Positions 1 to 9,949 of a stretch of 64,000 nt of DNA are shown here, piece after piece (within the stretch, counting starts at the first letter, position 1; the number at the start of each line of letters is the position of its first letter). The stretch is from the IMG/VR virus record IMGVR_UViG_3300020060_000011, positions 375 to 64,374 of that record. One strand, 5' to 3'. Made by a program: the position numbers and the translations under genes. The stretch comes from a virus. The notes under the pieces are model-generated. The model was not told the DNA's origin. It saw nothing but the letters and a program-made list of their open reading frames with translations, and ran no database searches.

Positions 1-15
1 AACCACGCCGATGGA

Positions 16-204
16 TTGCGCCTGTATTTTGATGCCCCGTTGTGGAATGCATGGGCTCGTTGTTTCGGCGGATGGAAGCCGTACCGAACATTTCTCCCGC
101 TCTACTGGTGGCACTCGCACTACAGCGCCGAGGATGGATGGAAGCGACTATGCGTTCGCATCCTGTGGATCATCAGCTACCAGAGAACGGAGAGATTCTC
201 ATGA
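16..204 (+). CDS. hypothetical Trp-rich protein
   Basis: 62-aa ORF (TTG start); its stop overlaps the next ATG (ATGA at 201-204). Confidence 0.45.
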   Translation: MRLYFDAPLWNAWARCFGGWKPYRTFLPLYWWHSHYSAEDGWKRLCVRILWIISYQRTERFS

Positions 205-431
205 CCACCGACACGGCTGAGCGCCCCTCACCCGACTGCACCCCGCACCCGTGGGACGCCGAAGGAACGGTCTTACCGGGGTGCGAATCATCCGGCATCC
301 CACCCTGCGGCTTCCCAATCCACGCCGAGCTGTATCACGACGGCAAGAAAGTTGCCGAAGGAATGGTCGATGTGTCTTTCGCAGCGCAGAGTATTTTGTG
401 TTTGAAGGGTTCGCCGAGACCTCCTCTCTAG
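201..431 (+). CDS. hypothetical protein (MTTDTAERPS...)
   Basis: GGAG RBS upstream, ATGA coupling, ends inside the terminator hairpin. Confidence 0.5.
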   Translation: MTTDTAERPSPDCTPHPWDAEGTVLPGCESSGIPPCGFPIHAELYHDGKKVAEGMVDVSFAAQSILCLKGSPRPPL

Positions 432-445
432 GAGGTCTCTTTTTT
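416..445 (+). terminator. Rho-independent terminator at the convergence of plus and minus units
   Basis: GAGACCTCCT-CTCT-AGGAGGTCTC perfect 10-bp stem followed by TTTTTT. Confidence 0.8.
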
Positions 446-490
446 ATTTGCCCGGATACGGGACAGCCGAACTCTGCTGAGGCTTAATCT

Positions 491-682
491 TTATCTCGAT
501 CTACGCGGCATGCCGCCGTGATAGTTCGGCCCACCCGGTGCCGCACCTTTCGAGCGCGCGATAGCTCCGATCACGCCTTGCGGAACGCCTTGTGCTTTCA
601 GCTGCGCCGCGCGACCGCCCGAACCGAGCTTGTTCGACCTGCCCTTGTAGCTGCCCGTCTTCTTCGTGTTGTGCTTCTTCAC
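491..682 (-). CDS. small basic Gly/Lys-rich protein (MKKHNTKKTGSYKGRSNKLGSGG...)
   Basis: GTG start with GGGAG RBS, coupled to the upstream stop at 679; 63 aa. Confidence 0.6.
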   Translation of the reverse strand: MKKHNTKKTGSYKGRSNKLGSGGRAAQLKAQGVPQGVIGAIARSKGAAPGGPNYHGGMPRRSR

Positions 683-945
683 TGCGTTGCTCCCTGCGCC
701 ATGTGCAAAATATCGACGAGCTGCTGACCCTGCTGCTCGGTTAGCGCCGCGTCGTGAATCGCGTTGAACGCCTTGACCGCGCGGCCCATGCTGCTGTCCG
801 GCGGTGAGACGAAACGGAACTGCGTCGGCTGCCAACCGTCGCCCGCTTTGTTCGTCAACACGAGACGGTCAGGTCGCGACATCGTCTCATCCATCGCCAG
901 CCGCTCAAGACGCTCGGCGCTGCATTCCTGATCGTTGCTGTCCAT
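679..945 (-). CDS. hypothetical protein (MDSNDQECSAE...)
   Basis: 3' part of track ORF 679..1500; GGAG RBS before the ATG at 945. Confidence 0.55.
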   Translation of the reverse strand: MDSNDQECSAERLERLAMDETMSRPDRLVLTNKAGDGWQPTQFRFVSPPDSSMGRAVKAFNAIHDAALTEQQGQQLVDILHMAQGATQ

Positions 946-3900
946 CGGGTTCTCCGTCATTCCAGTGTTTGTAGAGCGCCGCACCGGGCAGCGCGCTTTC
1001 GAGAGTCTTGGTCGCGCTGCGCCGGCCGCTGGCCGCGCTGTATACGTCACCAACCTGCTGCGCCGCCGGGCCGAGGAACGAGGTGCCCGGCAGGTTGCCG
1101 TGGCGCGGATCACTGAGGGCGTCGGACTGGAACGCGAGCTTCGGGCCGAGGAGACCCGAACGGTCCAGCGCCATCGCGGTGTATTCCTCCGGCCCCCAGT
1201 CCTTCCGGTTCGGATTGCCGCCGGGGCCGAACTGCAAGCCGCCACGCAGCATCTCGGCCATGATGATGACCGGCAGGTACGACAACGCCGGCACCAGCGC
1301 GCTGGCGTTACCATGCCGCAGCTCGAGCGCGATGCGCCGGCCGATCTGATCCTGGATCGCGTAGGCGAAGTGCTTGTACTGCGTGACGAGGCCGACGTAC
1401 GGGTCGGCGTACCAGTTCGGCGCCTGCTGGCTGGTGGGCCGCAGGATCGCCTCGTCGACGAACCGGAGCAGGGCAGAGCGGACGCGATCGTCGCGCGCAC
1501 GGTCGGCGGGCGTTGCCGCGGCGCGCTCGTCCGGCGTCAGGATCTTGGCGCGGCCGTTCTCGGCCGTGATATCGCCGGGCCGGACGCCGAGTTCGTCGAG
1601 GTAGCGCTTCGACGTTGCCGCGCTGCCCTCGCCGTGCTTGACGAGGAACCCGTGCGCAGCCTGCAGCGCCATGAACCGGGTCGTCTTGGTCCAGCCGGCG
1701 AGGCCATTGGCTTTGAAGATGAAGTCGTTGATCCGGCGAGCGCCGCCGTCGGCGCGGCCGAAGTTCGACGACAGGATGTCGTTGGCCAGGAAGTCGTCGG
1801 CGCTGCCGAGCGCCTGCAGCATGCCGTTGACCTCGGCCTTCGTCTGCTTGTCCACCAGCGACTTCATGCCGAGCTTGAAACCGCTCCACGCCGTCTTGAA
1901 GTCGCCGCCGGTACGCACCGCGATCCCCATCGGATCGACCAAGCTCGAGATCAGCGACAGCGGCAGCAGGCGCGCGTTCTCGTACGCCTGCAAGTACGAG
2001 ATGCCTTTGCGTACGCCGGGGCCGCGCACCTTGTTGGCGACGGTGTCGCCGAACACGGCGCGCAGCGTCGGGCTGCCGTCGATGCCGACCCGGCCCATCG
2101 CACCGTCGACCGCAGCCTGCGTCTGTTTGATCGCAGCGTCGTCGGCACCCTGTTTCTTCGCCTCTTCGAGCGCCTTGGTCAGCTTGCCGCCATCGCTGCC
2201 GAAGCGGCGCGAGAACTCGGCCTGGCGCACCAGCGGCTGCACGTAGCGGACGAAGATGTCGGCCGGGCTCTTGCTTTGCAGAGACGCGAACGTCTTCTTG
2301 TCCGCCTCGTCGCCGAGCTTGTAGATGAAGTTCATCAGCCGGTAGTTCGCGGCGCGGAACTCGGGCGGTGAGCCGCCGCCAAAGTCGGTGCGCGCCTGCG
2401 GCGACATGCCCTGGCCGGCTTCGACCAAGCGCTGTACCAGCTCACCGATCGGCGCCTCGGATGGCGCGCGGCGCGAGGACGTCGGCCCTTCCCACTGGCC
2501 CATGACCTCGCGGATCGCTGTTTCGAACTTCGGCTGCGAGAGCAGGGTGCTGAGTCGCGCTGTGTCGGCCGGCGTTTTCAGATCCAGCAGCACAGGAAAA
2601 TAGTTCTCGATCTTGCCGATATCCATACCGGCGCCGCGCGCATAGGCGTGGAACTCGTCGAACAGCTTTCGCGTCACCGCGACTGCCGTGTCGACGTTCC
2701 CGTTGTAGTGCGCGGCCGTGTCCTGGCGCTGGAGCGCGTTCAACGCGTGCAGCGTCTCGCGCTCACTCAAGCCTTCCAGCGCCTTGCCCGCGGCACGCAT
2801 GAACCGGTCGGTGACGTGCGTCACGGCCGGCAAGAGGCCCGGATCTTCGCCAGCTTCGCCGGTGTGGCGCTGGAGCTGCGCGCCGATGCGCCGGATCGCC
2901 GGCACGCCGGTGTCGCGCATGCGCGCGATCGAGGAGTCGAACGCCTTGCCGAGCGGCGCGCGGACGCGCTGGTACGTGTCCACGGCCTTGTTGTACACAG
3001 CCTGCGCCTGGCCGCGGTACGCGGCCTCGCGGGCGGCGACGTCGTAGGTGCGCCCGGCGGCGCGCATCGTCTCGATCCGGCCGTTCGCGATGTCGTTGAA
3101 TATGCGCTCGGCGAGCGCGCCCTTGCCGGATAGGCTCGCGATCGAAAGGAGGTCGTCGCCCAGCGTGCGCAGCACCGAGGTGCTGCGCGGGCCGGACGTG
3201 AAGTCGCCGCGTTGCTGCGCGAGGTACGCGTAGGCTATCCGCGCCTCGAGCCCGTGCTCCGGGTCGCGCATGGCTTTCAGCGCGCCGGGCTGGTCCTTGT
3301 AAATCTCGTTGAGCGCGCGGAGCGCCTTGCCGCGGCTGAGCACCTGGTCGAGCACCTGGCGACTATCGCCGGGCAGCCGGTAGCGGATGAACTTGACCAG
3401 CGCTTTCAGCCCCTGCGGCGGCAGCGTAGGGCTCGCGCCACGGCCTGCGCCGCCGGGAGGCGGCGGAGCGCCGCCCGTGGGCGGCAGCGCCGCGGCAGCG
3501 GCGTGGAGCGCGGCCTCCGTCACCGTCTTGGCGACAGGGCCGGGCGTCGATTCACCGAGCGCCTGGCTGACGTCGAGCGTCGTGCGGTCGAAGAGCTGCT
3601 GCACCCACTTCTCGACGCTCGGCGCCGGCGCGTAGTCGCTGCCGCCTTTGCCTTGGAACAGCGTTTCGTAGGCGAGCTTGAGCTTGTCGGCGATGCCTTT
3701 GAAGAACTTCGCGACCGGTGTCTTCGCTTCGCTGTGGGTGAGCGCGCGGCTGATCTGGTCGGCGACGTATTCCTCGAAACTGTGCAGGTAGTCGACCATC
3801 TCCGGGCGCGTACGGATGGCGTCGCGCAGCGTCGGGTTGTCGGTAAGGCGCGTCGCGTTTTCCGCCCGGTGCACTGCTTTTTTCGACGCGTAGGCTGCGT

Positions 3901-6900
3901 TGTAATCCGCGGAGAGATCGCTATGCGCGTCGCGCCACGCCTCGAAATCGGCGTTGATTGCCGCGTGCAGCTCGGGCTGGTGCACGGCCATCTTCTCGAA
4001 GACCTGGTGCATCGAGAGGTCTTGGATAGACTTAGCATCGACGTCCATCGCGCGCGCCAGCTCGGTGCGTATGATGTGATGTCCAAGCTCGTGCGCCAGC
4101 ACCTCCATGCGCTCAGCGCCTTTGAGTTCCGCACCGACGAGTATTTCGCCTGTGCCGGGAATGTAACCACCACCGCGCTTTTTCGTCGCGTGCGCACCTA
4201 CGCGCACTCGCTCCTTGATACCCATCTTGTCGAGCACAGCGTTCAGCGCGCGCGCTTCCGCTTTTAGGTCGTGCGCATTCTCCGCGGCGACCGACTCGTC
4301 CAGCTTCTTAAGAATGCCTTCGTCGTCGGCAAGACGGGTCGACTGGTCAACCAGCTTGTCGTCCGCCACGCGCTTGCCACGCACTTCGTTCGCCAGCGCG
4401 GCCTTTGTTTGCAGCGTCGCGTCGTGCGCCTTGCCGGCGCCGGGGGTGGCGGCGCTCTGCTCGGATTTCGCCGACAGCCCCGCACCTTTCGGCATGGTCA
4501 GCTTCTGCTGCTTCGCGAGCGCTTTGGCGTCCGCTTCCGTTTCCTCCGGCGTGCGCGTGAGGTCGCGCTTGTTCTGCGCGTCGCGGTTGCGCAGACCGGT
4601 AGGCGTCCTCTCCGCGCCTTTGACCAATCCGGCGTCGCGCGCCGCGGAAAGAAACGTGCGCTCTTTATCCGTCAACTTGCTACGCTCGCCCAGCTCCTTG
4701 ACCTTCGCCTCGAGCGCAGCTTTCGGCGGCAGCTTCGACTCGCCGGTGAGGCGCGAGTACGCGGTGGTGAGCGCGTCGTCCGCTTCGTTGCGCAGCGTGG
4801 TACGGTCGATCGGCGTCGCATCCTCGGGCGCCGTCTCGCGGGCCTTGCCGGTGTCGAACTTGCCGTCGGCGGCGTCGCGCAGAGCCTTGCGCGCTGCGCC
4901 CGTCTCCGGGTCTTCGAGCCGGCGTACCTCGGCGGCGTAGCGGCGCTCGTTGATCGTGCCAGCGTCGCGCTGTTTGGCAAGCTCGGCGGTGCCGATCTCG
5001 ACGCCGGCCTCGTGCGCGATCCGCGACTGCTCCGCATTGCCTTCGCCCAAACGAATACGGACTGGCTTGCCCTCCGCGTCCTTGCCGACCTGGCCGAACG
5101 CCTTGCGCACGCGGTTGACGATGCCCTCGTACGGCGACGGCTTCAGCCGGACGTCCGCGACACCGCTCTGCGTCAGCGGCGGGGCCTTGCGCGGCACCAG
5201 CTCAGGCCCGGCGATCTGGTTGTCGGCGTCGCCTTTCATCTCTTCGACTTTCGCAGGCCGATCGCGCTGGGCGACGTTCCGTTCGCGCGGCGGGACTTTC
5301 AGCGGTGGCACCTTCGCGCCGACCGCAGCAGCCTCGCGGGTGATCGTGGTCTTGTCGGTGCCGGCGAGGGCGGTACGCATCGTCGCCGCTTCGCGCGGCG
5401 ACAGGCGGAACTTCTCGCCGCCAGCTTCGGAATAGAAAACGCCGGGCGTGATCGTATCCGGGTCGACCTTGATCCCGGCCAGGTGCAGGTCGCCCAGCAC
5501 CTGGGCGAGCGCGGCCTTCGGGCCGATACCCGGCTCCTCGGCGAGCTTCTTGCTGATGAGGTTGTCGAGTTGGAGCGCCTGCCGGCGCTGGATCGTGCGG
5601 CCGTCCTTCGTCGCAACGTCCTTCGTGCCGATGCCGATCGTGTTGGCATTCTTCGTCGGGTCTTTCGCCGCCCACAGGTCGCGCGCTTTCTGCGACGACA
5701 GATTCTCAGTCAGCGGCTCGCCCTTATAGCCGCCCTCGCGGTATATCCGCGCGCGGAGCTCGCCCTGCGCCGCCGCGTGCTCCGGTGAGCCGACCTCGGC
5801 CTGCGTGATGCGCTCGCCGAGTGTCTTGGTCGGCATCTCGGCGGTGGTCTTCTCGTTGACGCCGGGTATGAAGTCGCCTTCGCCGGCTTGGCGCGCATCG
5901 AGCGCGCGCTGCAGCTCGCCGGCCATCGCCGTGTTGTCGGGGCGCGCGGACTCGTCGGCGGCCGTCGCCTTGTCGGTGCCGCGCTGCAGCTCGGCGAAGC
6001 GCGGACCCATTGCTTCCCACTGCGTCGCAAGCTCCGGGTGGACCGTCTCGACCCAGTGCATCGCGTCGAAGTCGGCCGCCGTCATGTCGTCGGATTTGCC
6101 GAGGAACCACTTCTCTGCAGCCGACGCGGCCTGCTGCATCGCGTTGCGATTCAGGCGCAACGGGCTGTCGTCGGGCAGCGTGCCGGCAATAAGGTTCTGG
6201 AGCGGCGTCTCAAGCCCTGAGACGCGCTGCTGAACAGGAAGCTCCGGGCGCGTCACATTGCCATCTGCATCCAGCGCGCCCGACTCGAACCGCTGCGACA
6301 TCTGGTCGACGGCACTGCTCGCCCTGTCATCGAGTGCGTCGTTGTCGGCAAGCCGGTTCAGGTGGTCGTCGAACGAGGCGCGCGCGTCGGGCGCAGCGTC
6401 GGTGATGTGGTCTTCGAGCACCTTGCCGTACGCCTTCTGGACGTCGGCCTGGCCCTCCGGTGTCTTGGCGCGGGCGAGGGCATCGCGGTAGCTCTTCAGT
6501 GTCGCCTCGACGCCAGCCTGGAACGGCGCGGTGTCGAACCGGGTCTTCAGGCTGTCGACTGCGTCGGCGAACGCACCGGACGCTGCAGCGCGGCCCTCGT
6601 CGGTGCTGAGGTGCTGGTTGAGCTTGCTGAAGATGTCGACGGCGGCCTTGTGGACCTTGTACGCGCCTTCGCCGAGATCAGTGCCGAATGCCTGCGCTCT
6701 CTCGGTCGGCGTCGCCGCCGGGCCGGCGCCGACCGGCGCGCCCTCGGGCGCTACGGGCTCACCTTCCTTCGTGCCGAAGGCGCTGCGCGCCTTGGCGAAT
6801 GCCTCGTCCTTTTTCTTCGCGAACGAGGCCAGATTCTCGCGGATGCGCGTCTTCAGCTCGTCGTACTGCGGGTTCGGCGTGCCGTCGGCGCGGGTACGTG

Positions 6901-8026
6901 CGCCGAGCGCGGCGATGCCTTCGACGCCGCCACCGAGTGCGCCGCCGAGCGTGCCGCCGGCGATCGCCGTATCGAGGTACGACTGGAACGCGGCCGGGGA
7001 GAGCAGGTCGACGTTGTCGTTCACCCACTTGTGCGCGGCGAACTGGGCGGCGGTCTGGGCAAGACCCGTGCCAGCGCCGAGCGCACCCTGCACGCCGGCC
7101 TCTTTCGCCACGCGCGGCAGGATCGCCTGCGCGTTCTTCGCAATCGCTTCGGTCGCCGCCGTGCCGCCGATGCGGCCGAGCAGGCGGAACTCCGGCAGCG
7201 CGCCGATCGCGCTCGCGCCGATGTCGCCCAGCAGGATCTTCGCCGTCTCCTCGGCGCTGGCGCCTTTGAGGCCGCCCACGAGGTTCCCTTCGGCGTCCGG
7301 CGCGCCCTCGGCGCTGGTAGCGACGATCGACGGGTACTGCCCGGCAACGGTGCCGAGCGCGCGCCCTACGGTTACTGCACCCTCGCTGGCCGCGTCCGCC
7401 GCCGCGGTGTACGCCGGCACGCGGCGGGCCGTGGCAGTCTCGATGGCGTCTGCGGTGGCAGCGCGGCGCGCGGCGTCCGCGCCCTGCGCCTTGATGCTGT
7501 CTTCCGTCGCTTCCACGGCGCCGCGGCGCGCGACGGCGCGCGTGGCAGCTTCCTCGGCCGCGCGGGTCGCGCCACGGCGCGCCAGCCCCTTGACGGCGGC
7601 TCCGCCGATACCGCCGCCGGCGAGCGTCGTCACGACGTCAGGCAGCGCCATCAGCGCTTGGTTCCGGCCGAGCGCGAGCGCGTCGCCTACGCCGTGAACG
7701 TCGGCTATGGACTGGATCGCAGGCCCGCCCTCGGCCGCGCGGCGCTGCAGGCCGATCGCGGTCTCCAGCGCTTCGTCGCCAGCACCGGGCGAGACGAGGT
7801 TCGCACCGGCGCCGTAGAGCGCGGAGGGGACTGCGCCGAAGCGCTGGAGACCTGCGCGGAGCGCGCGGCCGGACTCGCTGGTCAAGTCCTGAACCGCGGC
7901 GCCGCGGACGTCGGGGGTTATCTCGACCGGAGTGCGACGAGCGAGCGCGACGCTTTCGTCGAGCGGCGGAGCGTACCCCGTCGGCCGGCGCAGCGCGGAG
8001 ATCAGATCCTCATCGACCGTAGCCAT
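905..8026 (-). CDS. giant internal virion / DNA-ejection protein with HExxH zincin-like motif
   Basis: 2373 aa, Ala-rich and helical, Gly/Ala hydrophobic N-terminal segments, LAHELGH plus downstream FEEYVAD; last large gene of a podovirus late operon. Confidence 0.8.
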   Translation of the reverse strand: MATVDEDLISALRRPTGYAPPLDESVALARRTPVEITPDVRGAAVQDLTSESGRALRAGLQRFGAVPSALYGAGANLVSPGAGDEALETAIGLQRRAAEGGPAIQSIADVHGVGDALALGRNQALMALPDVVTTLAGGGIGGAAVKGLARRGATRAAEEAATRAVARRGAVEATEDSIKAQGADAARRAATADAIETATARRVPAYTAAADAASEGAVTVGRALGTVAGQYPSIVATSAEGAPDAEGNLVGGLKGASAEETAKILLGDIGASAIGALPEFRLLGRIGGTAATEAIAKNAQAILPRVAKEAGVQGALGAGTGLAQTAAQFAAHKWVNDNVDLLSPAAFQSYLDTAIAGGTLGGALGGGVEGIAALGARTRADGTPNPQYDELKTRIRENLASFAKKKDEAFAKARSAFGTKEGEPVAPEGAPVGAGPAATPTERAQAFGTDLGEGAYKVHKAAVDIFSKLNQHLSTDEGRAAASGAFADAVDSLKTRFDTAPFQAGVEATLKSYRDALARAKTPEGQADVQKAYGKVLEDHITDAAPDARASFDDHLNRLADNDALDDRASSAVDQMSQRFESGALDADGNVTRPELPVQQRVSGLETPLQNLIAGTLPDDSPLRLNRNAMQQAASAAEKWFLGKSDDMTAADFDAMHWVETVHPELATQWEAMGPRFAELQRGTDKATAADESARPDNTAMAGELQRALDARQAGEGDFIPGVNEKTTAEMPTKTLGERITQAEVGSPEHAAAQGELRARIYREGGYKGEPLTENLSSQKARDLWAAKDPTKNANTIGIGTKDVATKDGRTIQRRQALQLDNLISKKLAEEPGIGPKAALAQVLGDLHLAGIKVDPDTITPGVFYSEAGGEKFRLSPREAATMRTALAGTDKTTITREAAAVGAKVPPLKVPPRERNVAQRDRPAKVEEMKGDADNQIAGPELVPRKAPPLTQSGVADVRLKPSPYEGIVNRVRKAFGQVGKDAEGKPVRIRLGEGNAEQSRIAHEAGVEIGTAELAKQRDAGTINERRYAAEVRRLEDPETGAARKALRDAADGKFDTGKARETAPEDATPIDRTTLRNEADDALTTAYSRLTGESKLPPKAALEAKVKELGERSKLTDKERTFLSAARDAGLVKGAERTPTGLRNRDAQNKRDLTRTPEETEADAKALAKQQKLTMPKGAGLSAKSEQSAATPGAGKAHDATLQTKAALANEVRGKRVADDKLVDQSTRLADDEGILKKLDESVAAENAHDLKAEARALNAVLDKMGIKERVRVGAHATKKRGGGYIPGTGEILVGAELKGAERMEVLAHELGHHIIRTELARAMDVDAKSIQDLSMHQVFEKMAVHQPELHAAINADFEAWRDAHSDLSADYNAAYASKKAVHRAENATRLTDNPTLRDAIRTRPEMVDYLHSFEEYVADQISRALTHSEAKTPVAKFFKGIADKLKLAYETLFQGKGGSDYAPAPSVEKWVQQLFDRTTLDVSQALGESTPGPVAKTVTEAALHAAAAALPPTGGAPPPPGGAGRGASPTLPPQGLKALVKFIRYRLPGDSRQVLDQVLSRGKALRALNEIYKDQPGALKAMRDPEHGLEARIAYAYLAQQRGDFTSGPRSTSVLRTLGDDLLSIASLSGKGALAERIFNDIANGRIETMRAAGRTYDVAAREAAYRGQAQAVYNKAVDTYQRVRAPLGKAFDSSIARMRDTGVPAIRRIGAQLQRHTGEAGEDPGLLPAVTHVTDRFMRAAGKALEGLSERETLHALNALQRQDTAAHYNGNVDTAVAVTRKLFDEFHAYARGAGMDIGKIENYFPVLLDLKTPADTARLSTLLSQPKFETAIREVMGQWEGPTSSRRAPSEAPIGELVQRLVEAGQGMSPQARTDFGGGSPPEFRAANYRLMNFIYKLGDEADKKTFASLQSKSPADIFVRYVQPLVRQAEFSRRFGSDGGKLTKALEEAKKQGADDAAIKQTQAAVDGAMGRVGIDGSPTLRAVFGDTVANKVRGPGVRKGISYLQAYENARLLPLSLISSLVDPMGIAVRTGGDFKTAWSGFKLGMKSLVDKQTKAEVNGMLQALGSADDFLANDILSSNFGRADGGARRINDFIFKANGLAGWTKTTRFMALQAAHGFLVKHGEGSAATSKRYLDELGVRPGDITAENGRAKILTPDERAAATPADRARDDRVRSALLRFVDEAILRPTSQQAPNWYADPYVGLVTQYKHFAYAIQDQIGRRIALELRHGNASALVPALSYLPVIIMAEMLRGGLQFGPGGNPNRKDWGPEEYTAMALDRSGLLGPKLAFQSDALSDPRHGNLPGTSFLGPAAQQVGDVYSAASGRRSATKTLESALPGAALYKHWNDGEPDGQQRSGMQRRAS

Positions 8027-9276
8027 CAGCGGCGTTCGGAGACGAGCGGCTTCTTGCGCTGACCGCGTGTGACGAACGGCGAGAGCTGCGCAGCCGCTTC
8101 AGGATCGAGGAACACCTGACGGCGCACGCCGTCCTTGCCGGGCGGGCCTTTGAGGAAGCTCTGGCCTTTCCAGTCGGCGCTGATGTCGTACTCGCCGGCG
8201 TCGATGGCGTCGGGGTCGACCACCATACCTTCCTTGTTGAACGGAATCGCGCCGGCGCCTGTCGCGTTGCCGCGATTGATCCAGTCGGCCAGCGTGCGGC
8301 GTACCTGCGTGTACCCGGCGCGCTCATCCGGCGTCAACGACGGGCTATCAGGATTCTGCCCGGCATCCAGCGCGCGTTTCGCTGATGCGAGCTGACCACG
8401 TTCCATCGCCTTCTCCGGCGTGTCGCCGCTTTTCAGCGCAGCTTCGCGCACGCCCTCGGCCACCTTCGTGCCCGGATCGTTGTTGATGTTCGTACCGGCT
8501 TGCCCGGCTGCGGCGAGCACGTCGGACGTGTGCTTGTCGTCGGCGGCGCGACCGGAGTTGCGCAGGTCCGCGAGCGTCTTGACCCGGTCGGTGTACTCAG
8601 CCGCGTTCTTCGGTGCAACCGCAGCGTTACTGGCCTCGGCATCCGCCCGTTGCCGCTGCGCGTCGACGTAGCCGCCGATCTCTCTGCCGCGACTTTCCGC
8701 CAGCGCATCGAGGCCGGGATTGACGCCAGCGCCGCGGCCGGTCAGCGTGCGCGCGAACTGATTGTTCGAGAACGAGCGCTCGCCGTGCGCGCCGCGGCCT
8801 TCGTAAATAACGTCGTTCGTACCTGGCGTACCGGCGTAACCGTCCGACTGATAACGCCGCACGCCGGCCGGCAAGGGTATCGTGTCTGTCTTCGTGCCTC
8901 CGGCAGCGGTGCGGAAGTTCTCGCGCGGCGGGCCAGCATTTATAGCGTCGCGCGTAGGCGCGATATTGTCCGCTCGTGCAACAGGCGGTCCTGCGTCGAC
9001 GGTAGATCGCTGAGGCAGGAAATCACCGCTAGCAAAACCGAGTACCGCTTGCCCGGTATCCCGCACGGCGCTGCGCACCCCGTCGGCCATTGAGGGAGGA
9101 GCAACCATCGGCGCGGTAGAAGCGACGCCACTGCGGGGCGGCATGCTGCTAGCGAAAGGATCGCCAACGCTGAAGCTCGGCGTCGCCATGCCGGACGCAG
9201 AACCCCATGCGCCGGAGCGGACGCCGGCGCGTGCACGCTTTTTGATGTCGTCGGGGATGTACGGGTCGGTCGCCAT
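8026..9276 (-). CDS. putative internal virion (ejection) protein
   Basis: 416 aa, coupled to the giant gene; position typical of core proteins. Confidence 0.7.
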   Translation of the reverse strand: MATDPYIPDDIKKRARAGVRSGAWGSASGMATPSFSVGDPFASSMPPRSGVASTAPMVAPPSMADGVRSAVRDTGQAVLGFASGDFLPQRSTVDAGPPVARADNIAPTRDAINAGPPRENFRTAAGGTKTDTIPLPAGVRRYQSDGYAGTPGTNDVIYEGRGAHGERSFSNNQFARTLTGRGAGVNPGLDALAESRGREIGGYVDAQRQRADAEASNAAVAPKNAAEYTDRVKTLADLRNSGRAADDKHTSDVLAAAGQAGTNINNDPGTKVAEGVREAALKSGDTPEKAMERGQLASAKRALDAGQNPDSPSLTPDERAGYTQVRRTLADWINRGNATGAGAIPFNKEGMVVDPDAIDAGEYDISADWKGQSFLKGPPGKDGVRRQVFLDPEAAAQLSPFVTRGQRKKPLVSERR

Positions 9277-9282
9277 ATCAGG

Positions 9283-9804
9283 TCACACTGGTTCGAGGGG
9301 GTTACGCTTGCGCGGCATGCCGGTCAATGGGTCGATATCGACCGCGTCGTTGAACGTGTTGGTCGCCGAGTTGAACGTCTGCTGCGCGAATGAGCCGTCG
9401 GGCTTGTAGCCGGTATCGGCGGCGTATCGAGTACGCGCATCGTCTACCGGTGCTGCGGGCGTCAACGTTTGCGACGCCGCTGCGCCGCCGCGCCGTTCCA
9501 TCCCGCCGCCGTTGTAGAAGTTGTTCGAAGGGTCGGCCTGGCGCTGCTGATCGCGCAGCGTGTCGAACGCACCGGGGGACTGGCGCGAGAAGATAGAGCC
9601 ACCGCTGAGCGGATTGAAGCGGCCGGCGATCGAGTTCGGACCACCAAGCTCCGCGCCGCGGATATCCGCACCGGCAGTCTGCAGCGCCTGTTTATCGCGC
9701 TCGACGAGCGTCGGGAATCGGGCGGCGGCACTGAAAGGGTCGGGCTCGACGGCATTGCGACGCCGGCGAATGCCGCTGCTAAAATCGAAGTCTTCAAGGG
9801 CCAC
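9283..9804 (-). CDS. putative internal virion protein (MALEDFDFSS...)
   Basis: GTG start with GAGGA RBS; position in the ejection-protein cluster. Confidence 0.6.
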   Translation of the reverse strand: MALEDFDFSSGIRRRRNAVEPDPFSAAARFPTLVERDKQALQTAGADIRGAELGGPNSIAGRFNPLSGGSIFSRQSPGAFDTLRDQQRQADPSNNFYNGGGMERRGGAAASQTLTPAAPVDDARTRYAADTGYKPDGSFAQQTFNSATNTFNDAVDIDPLTGMPRKRNPLEPV

Positions 9805-9949
9805 GTGCAAGTCCTCGTGTCACGCGGATCGGCATTATACGCTTCGACCGCTCCGGGTTACGTTTTGCAATAGTTTCTTTTAATTGCTTGGCGCGCTTCT
9901 CGTTGATGAGACGACGAGCGGCATAAACATTTGCTTCAACCTTATTCAT
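9794..9949 (-). CDS. small basic hypothetical protein (MNKVEANVYAARR...)
   Basis: ATG overlaps the upstream stop (TGATG); 51 aa; AT-richer than flanks. Confidence 0.4.
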   Translation of the reverse strand: MNKVEANVYAARRLINEKRAKQLKETIAKRNPERSKRIMPIRVTRGLARGP

